Below are positions 55,492 through 64,000 of a stretch of DNA of 64,000 nucleotides, piece after piece. Below the pieces are notes generated by a model that saw only the letters and a program-made list of their open reading frames with translations, searched no databases and was not told the origin of the DNA. Source of the stretch: the human T2T-CHM13v2.0 reference genome, Homo sapiens; assembly GCA_009914755.4 (NCBI GenBank), contig CP068257.2:27872001-27936000 (forward strand). The letters are read 5' to 3'. Position numbers and translations under genes: made by a program. Position 1 is the stretch's first letter. Every line of letters starts with the position of its first letter.

Positions 55492-55717
55492 CAATAGGTG
55501 TTCCCACTCCGTAACCTTTGGAGTCAATGAGGCCCCCGATCTGAGTGAGGTTGCAGTTTCTCTGCGTCACATACTCAATGCTGGTGGACTCCATCAGCAG
55601 CGCGTAGTCTGTGGTGAGCACTCTCTGGATCCCCTCATCACTGTTTCTTACCAGGGCGGTCTGCTGCCTGCTGCTCATGAAAGCCCACATCTTCTCATAG
55701 GTGGAGATTTTTGATTT
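55492..55717 (-). CDS. GRIK1: Internal coding exon of ionotropic glutamate receptor, kainate type subunit 1 (GluK1/GluR5). It encodes part of the S2 ligand-binding lobe, ...[76 protein letters not shown]. It is 226 nt, starts on a codon boundary and ends with one base of the next codon.
   Basis: Minus-strand translation from ORF 55397..55738 matches the conserved kainate-receptor S2 segment and reads with GRIK1-specific residues ([25 protein letters not shown]). The acceptor is tttctttccctccag|AAATCA (AG at 55718-55719 on the minus strand). The donor is ATTG|gtaaga (GT at 55490-55491). Amino acids in the ORF beyond the donor (KTGRHEPRL...) do not match any receptor. Confidence 0.88.
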
Positions 55718-56241
55718 CTGGAGGGAAAGAAAACACACTCACCAGCAGAAGAGGGCTGGAAAAATACGACCTAAAGGTATTCAAAGTCCCAATGGTTCAA
55801 ATAATGATAGGGAGGATACTTTCTCCACAGGTGGGGGAGTCAAGATTGATGATCTCAAGGCTTCACTTTTGTAGCTGAGAAGAGCCCAGTTCACTCACTA
55901 TTGGACAGCATTTGCACGGAGGCAGCTATTACATGGAGACCTTGATCTATAAGCCATTGTGGCCCACTGGGCTAAGGGGTGACTAGCTCACTCCAGGACT
56001 CTGTTCATTTCATGCATTTTCCTTTCAATCACTCAACTCCAGCAGGTATTGTTTTGCTGTTTCCAGGTGTATAAGTTTCAATCCTTGATCTAGCATTCTT
56101 CTGCTGGGGAGAGCCCTGGAGTAAACCACTGACTTCCTCTGCTTTATTTGTGAGAGAACTGTCATTCACTCTTCTCTTTTCTAGAAAACCCAGAATGTAA
56201 ATGCTCTTTTCAAATTAAAATTTAGATAAGAAAAATCTTCA

Positions 56242-56546
<305 letters not shown>

Positions 56547-57995
56547 TCATACTGTATTTATATGCCTTTTTATGTGTATAATTTTAATTGTAATCATATT
56601 TTAGATAATGGGGACTGAATATCTCATTTCAAAGTGTTCTATTAATATATTTGTCTTTTCTCATATTCTTCAGCTTTTTGATAGATTCAGTAATAAATTA
56701 TATATGTTATGTAATATATGCACATATACATATGTACCACTGCTTCATTATCTTTTTTTGCTAAAGTATACTGCCTAAATTTTCATATTACTTAAATATG
56801 AATTTTCCATTCTTTTGAATAGTGATCTATGATTAGACATTTTGCATTTTACTCTGTAATTTCCATACAGTTCCAATTTTTTTTTTTAATTTTTCTTCAT
56901 TTGCATCAGCATTCTCCACTTATTTCAGAGATGAAAAACATTATGGGAATTATTGGTATTTTTAAGCTAACCCCAGTTATCACAGTTATATATAGTGCTC
57001 GCACACATTAGACAAATCCCTTGGCAGGCACAGGATGCACCATCTCCGTAGTTCAGGAAAGCTTAAAACATGGTTTTGGGCCATAAGCAAAAAATGGAAT
57101 ACCTGCGGAGTCAACTCTATCACGGTTATTCATGCCCAGGTGTTCCTGGGGGCCACTCAATTCCAACCTCTATTTAGGACCTGGGTTAATACTGTAGGGT
57201 TTATGAGTTAGGGGAGGACAGATGGCTTTATTTCAGATTGTTAGGCATTGAAAATCCCCCTGAGAAAGGTCTTGTGAGACAAATAACAATTCAATAAACA
57301 GTACCTTATAGATATTGGTATTTTGTGGAACCCATTGTGTCATATTGGGCCCCTGTGAGTTATGCCACAGCCCCGGAGATATCTGCAAGCTGCAGCTCAT
57401 GTCCCCATAACAAAGGCGTGTTTTGGGGGTCAGGTTTACTGCTTCATTTGTTGTGTGATTTCAGCCTTGCAAAGTCTGATAATGCTAAACTTATAGTAAA
57501 AGAGCTACTCATACAAGCGCAGAAAGGTCAGTCTATCTTGTGGCAGTAAATGCACAGCTGCGAAAATTATTCTTCCATCAGGAAACTACCTTAAGGGAAA
57601 ATAATTTTCTTTGAAGTATAAAATTTAAAGTTGTCAGAGACTTTAGAGATCGGCTCATACAAACTGCTACTGTCACAGAGGAGGAAGTTTTAGTACGGAA
57701 GGCTTTGAGACTTCAAAAAGTCACAAAGCAAGTTAATACCAGAGCTAATTCTGGACTCCAGCACACCTAATATCTAATTCAATGCTCTTTCCACTGTACC
57801 ATGCTGATTTGGGGGAGGTGGATGTCTATATTGCCAAAATGCTTTTGAGAATGATTTTAATCTCATTTGATCTACATGTGAAAATATAGCTTTTATTCAT
57901 GGACTCATTATTCCCTGAGGTGGGTTGCTAGTTAGTTACATATTAATATGAAATAGGAATCAACCTTCACATAGAAAAATTTTATGAAACATTAA

Positions 57996-58314
<319 letters not shown>

Positions 58315-59305
58315 GCACCACATTTATATTTTATTAAAACGAGTGTTGTAAATTGTTAGAAAACTGAATTTGTGGTTTATGGAAGTCAAAAACAAAGTCA
58401 ATGTTTAGTTCATCCACGGTAAATGGAGAAAGTGTGGGGAGTCCTTCATTTCATCTGGGGAATTGAAGGATATGGGAAAGGATGACACGATTCAACTCTA
58501 AACCTAAACTATCTGAAGTGAAGGACTTCATTATTTTCAATCTATGGCAGACCTAGCTTTGGTCCTCCTGCATGGGACGAATATGTAGGTCATACCACCT
58601 GTGACTCACTCTGTGAGTATTCAACAGTATGCAGGTGGTCTAATCCACGGGTAAGAGAGGTCATGAGTTTAGTGCAACCTCAGTATTCAACAGCTGCAAC
58701 ATTTCTAAACGCTTACTCTCAGTATTCTTCTCCTTGTCACAGCTTAGTAACAAAATGTTTCCTGAGCCAGCACACTCTTCACACTACACTTTGAGTAGCA
58801 TGGCTCTATGGAACAGAGATAATGGATTTAAATTCAACAACATCCACATCTTCCTTCTTGGAGTAGAAGGTTGTTCTAGGCCTGACCTCTCCCAGGGAGC
58901 TACAGGGGAAGTCTAGTTGGCATGGACACCTTTGAGCAGGGAGGGCAGAACTTTCTCTCTGACAGAAAACTGTTACTTGGTAGGGGACTTGGTAAGTTGA
59001 AGGTATAGGAAGTGTTATAAATTCCTTTGACCCCTTGCTATTCTCACTAGAGCACAGTAATAGTAAACATAATGGGAGCAAGAAGAGCAGCATTTTGCTG
59101 TTATTTAGAGCTCTCTTTCGTCGTTTAAAAAGTTTGCTGTTGTGGGGCTTTATTGTGTTTCACAGTTAGAGTTCTAGGCTACTTGGGATGCTAGGGAAAT
59201 TAGAGTTTGCAGGAAGACCCAAAATGTGGCTAAGGAATAACTTTTTTTAATAGGTAGAAATATCTGCAGACAGCTTCAGCACCTTAAAGGTGTAGTGAGC
59301 TTTCT

Positions 59306-59700
<395 letters not shown>

Positions 59701-62700
59701 TAGACCAACCCCTTCCTATCACATATGCAGGTCCTGAGGTCAGGGACAGCAAATGACACACAGAAGGTGGCAGAGGGTTAGTGGAAGAGACAGCACAGAA
59801 TTGAGGGCTCTTTCTTCTTTACTGCAGAGTTCTGTCCGCTGCATGCCACGCTCAGTAATGTTTATTTTTTGTTAGATAAAAAAGTAGAATGTTGGGAGTA
59901 AATTACATGTATTCCTTTCAGCAGACTTTTTTTCATGGTTGAGTCTCAAATCTTAGTAATTCTTAAAAATAGGATTATACTTCATGAAAAATTATCATAC
60001 ATATTAAAAGACCAGGCAAAGTGTTAAAATGACAGCCTGGGTGTTTTTGTACTTCTAAATCACATATAATGTCAACCAGTCTCCTAAATCACTCTAAATA
60101 ATATATGTTCCAAAAACAGAAATAGTGGTTGCCTCTTATTTCACTAGATATGTCAAAAGTTAATTAGAATATTTGGAATGTCTTCTGAGCTTCTTAGCAA
60201 AAGTTGCTAAAACTGAAAAAGCCTCATTTATTAAATCTGAAATCACCCAGGATTTTTTCTTTTTAATCCTGAGAGGCATCTGTTTAGATAAATGCATTTT
60301 ATCTGTTTAAATCTGATTATGTGGCTATCCTCATGCTGATGAAACATTGTTGGCAAAGAATAGCATTTTTCATCTCAAATCTGTTATAAGGGAGTGTTAC
60401 TGCATCAATGTTTGATGAACATTATTTATTTCTTTTTTCCCCCTATAATACATTCAAGTTAAACACTCACTGGGAAATAGTTTATAATGTTTGCAGGCAT
60501 TAAAAATTACTTATTGAAAATAGTAACAGCAACCAACATATGCAGTGTTTATTTACTGTGTAGCAAGCACTATTTTAAGAACTTTGCATATATTGATTAA
60601 TCGAATCTTCACGGTAATCATATGAAAGACGTACCATTATTATTTCTCTTTTATAGATGAGGAAATAGAACAGCACATGAAGAAATGAGGAAACCAGGAT
60701 TTGATCCCAGTAATCTGGTTCCAGGGTCTGTGTTCTTAAACAACAGGGAATGAACTATCTCTTAATACACAGAGCAGCAAACTCAAGGCTTGGCTAATGT
60801 TTCCACAGCTAATGTTTCCACAGAATTAACAAATTTTCTAAAGAAATAATCGAAACAAGTAGCTGTGGGATCTTTCTATTATAGCCAGAGCTGTTGTACT
60901 CATCATATAATGTACAGAAACTATTTACCTGACTTTTAATAGCTTACACTTGTTTAGACAAGAATTTAGACAGTGTTTTAGGAAGTGCAACAGTTAGAAC
61001 CTGGAAAAAATGTGACTTGTTTATATTGTTTCCTTTCCTTTAACAGTATTTTGCTTTTCATATAGTTTCACTGTTTTTAGTTACAGGATTTCCATCACAC
61101 AATGTAAATAAAATATGTGCAAATTCTAGGGTGTAGTGTGGTCTTAAGCCTGATGGACTCCATTTTATAAAATATCCCTCTAATGTTTCTTTTTTATTGA
61201 GATAACTATTATTTATCACATTATTTCTTCCACCAGTTTTTATAAGACTTTCACAGTTAGGATGTATAATCTCATTTTTCAGTAGAATCAGTAATCATGC
61301 AATTCTACTTCACACTAATATGGCTGATGATTTTATATATCGATCTGTGTTTATGTATGTTTTTACTCTACACACTGAAATATACATTAGAAATAAGTTA
61401 TTGATATTTGATCTTTTTATCTTATCAAAAGTGATCTTATAAATGTAAATATATGCATATAGAACAAATGAAATATCACAAACAATTATATTTTAAGATC
61501 TCCAATTTAATTTTACTTTAGGCAAATCCTGATTTAAGACAACCCTTAAAAATTAACCAAAGACATAGACATTGGCTATGTAGAACTTCATACTTGCGAA
61601 ATAGGTACATCAGAGGTGAATAGTTGCCTTAAAAACAACCATTTCTTTTAGACATGATTAATATATTATTTCATTAAATAATAAATTCTCATGCTATTTT
61701 GAAAATATGATTTAATTTACAAAAATCGCTTTGAAGGAAGATGATCAGAAGAAAATATTTATAGTATAGTTAGGACCTCTGCCTTCCAAATGTGTATAAT
61801 ATGAACACTGCAGTTGATTATGTCTTTATCTTGATTTGATGAAAAGTTATGACATTTGCAGACTCTCCAACATTTAAAAAATTTATGGATTCCCTTTAGA
61901 AAATTCCCTCAGCGGGATTTAAACAGATTTGCTAAAATATTTTTCATGTTTTTCTCCTGTCTAGAGTTAAAGATTGGTCTATTACAGGCAATCTTCCAGC
62001 CTTTGAAAAAGGTTGAATTGACCTCATAGATTTCTTCCCAAACAAATACACTTTTAACCTACAGAGACCTAACATTTCTGACACTGATGGTAAAATTAGC
62101 TGGATTTTTCCAACATAAGCTAGGAACTCTTATGTGAAGAGTGCCTTCCTATGCAGAGTATTTGAGAAATGGCTTTCATCTTCTGCTTCCTGAAATGGTT
62201 ATAACTGTCTGAAATCTGTCTCCCTACAATGGCTCATTGCTTCATTTCCACTGGTGCAGTGCCCAGTAACTTCTCTGAAATGTCTTTTGGGTTGGTGACA
62301 GCACCTAACCACTCCCTGGAAAGAGATGATAAAGGTTAGAGAATCCCTTGTTCCCACAGCTGGTCCAAAGTCCCTAGACCATGAAAGCCAGAAATGACAA
62401 GTCTTTTATGATGTTTTAAAACCTATTTTATCCAAGTCATTTTAGACTGAATCACAATTTAATCTGTGTAATCCTCTGGCTTGAGTCTGGGAGGATAGTG
62501 ATTTGTTACAAGGCAAGCTTCTACTGAGAAGTATTTCTTACATGAATACTTCATAGCTAATTTGGCTCACAAGAAATTCTGCCACTACTTCCTGTCTGCA
62601 CAATGCAACCACATGTTGTGTTGTATTTAACAGGTATTCATACCTCTTGTCTCTGTATTGCTATTCAGATCTTCATGTCTTGCTCATGATTTTATACCTT

Positions 62701-64000
62701 TTTCCCTCTTAAGTGCTAACCTCAGTACTGACCATATTGAGGACCCTGCAAAAATATCAATTGAGCTGAATTAAACTGAATTAAACTGAATTGCCTCACT
62801 CTGTTTCTTGTCTGCATTCTAAGGGCAGCCTTACCATCTTTTGCCTACCTACCATCTGGTAAGTGCTTCGGCATATGCAATGTATGTGCTCAAGAAGGGC
62901 CTCCAAGGCCTAGGGTTGCTGTCTGGCCAGGCCTCCAAAAATCTTTGAGATCTTGGGCACTGACACTTCTTCTGGACTTTTCTGTCCTTTAGCAGAAGGC
63001 AGACACTGCAGAGATGACTGACAGTAAGGAAGCTGAACAGAGACCAAACCAAAATATTTATAAATCTAGAGAGACTGAAAAAATAGGACTAATAGCTAGA
63101 GGTAAGGGTTGAATAATTATGGTGATGATGTTATAAGTGATAGTTACAATAATATCTAATGTTTTTATTGCTTACAGTGTACTAAGTGGTAGTATAAACA
63201 TATTACCTCTACTAAGTCATTAAATCCTCAAAATAATTTTGAGTTAGAAGTCATCCTCAATTTATAGACTGGGAAATCAAGGTACAGAGAGTTTAAGTTA
63301 CTTGCCAAGGTCTACATAACTTATATGTAGTAGAACCCAGGCTCTCTGGGTCCAGATCTCCAACAAAAACACTTTCCTGTAGGTTTTACTTTATATCCCA
63401 GCATAAGATGTTGGTCATATTTCTTGAGAAGAAGACTAGCTGGTATTCCCATTCTCTGATCCATGGGCTAAAAGCATTATCCTCCTTGGATGATGGTTCA
63501 CAAGGATCATTGGGAAATCCATTCTTTTAGGCTGCATACGGTTCTTAGACATTATCATGACTATTCTTTCTTCATCTGGGGAAAAAAAATGTGACTTTCT
63601 ACACTATCACTGTGAGACCACAGTTTGGACTATCTTATTGTTTCATAAGGTAATTAATAGAATTCCAACAAGAAGAACAGAGCCGTTGTACATTTCTGAC
63701 TTCCTGTGGGAGAGAAAACCAGAATCTTAGCATACTATTTCTGAAAGGAAAAGTTGGAATTGGCTGTCATTGTTGTCATCTTGTCAGTTGTCTTGGATAT
63801 AAAAGATGGAAATAGGTCATGTAGCCCCTAGGAAAGCTGAATGCAAGTTGTGTCCATAGAGCTTGGCTATGAACTGACTGATCTTTGCATCTCCTAAGAT
63901 GCTGGTGGTGGTCCCAGGGAGTTGGGAGCGAAGGAAATCCTGTACTGTTCAGACTTGAGAAACAATTGAAAGGACCAAATAATTTCATCAGCAGAGAACA

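Overview
This 64 kb window is primate (almost certainly human) nuclear genomic DNA, not a prokaryotic or phage locus. It contains at least twelve Alu SINEs with poly-A tails and target-site duplications, ERVL-MaLR (THE1/MST) LTR elements, an L1 3'-end fragment and many microsatellites, and is about 60% AT. The only credible protein-coding sequence is two minus-strand exons with canonical AG/GT splice sites. They encode the S2 ligand-binding segment and the M4 transmembrane helix of the kainate-type glutamate receptor GluK1 (GRIK1, human chr21q21). The peptide run ...[10 protein letters not shown] identifies GRIK1 rather than GRIK2 or GRIK3. The rest of the window is GRIK1 intron dominated by interspersed repeats. 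Nearly all entries in the six-frame ORF track are spurious read-through of Alu, LTR, microsatellite or random AT-rich sequence. I found no CRISPR array, operon, tRNA/rRNA gene or defence-like system, and I judge the "undescribed system" premise not to apply here. The items that deserve a second look are eukaryotic. An inverted Alu pair flanks the 226-nt exon, which is the geometry associated with circRNA formation. An Alu carries a roughly 360-bp (TTTC/TTCC)n tail about 1 kb from the exon. A complete LTR-internal-LTR MaLR element has a nested Alu. A young-looking AluY has a perfect TSD. There is an 87-bp tandem microduplication and a 175-bp dispersed duplicate. Coordinates for repeats were read by eye and may be off by a few bases.
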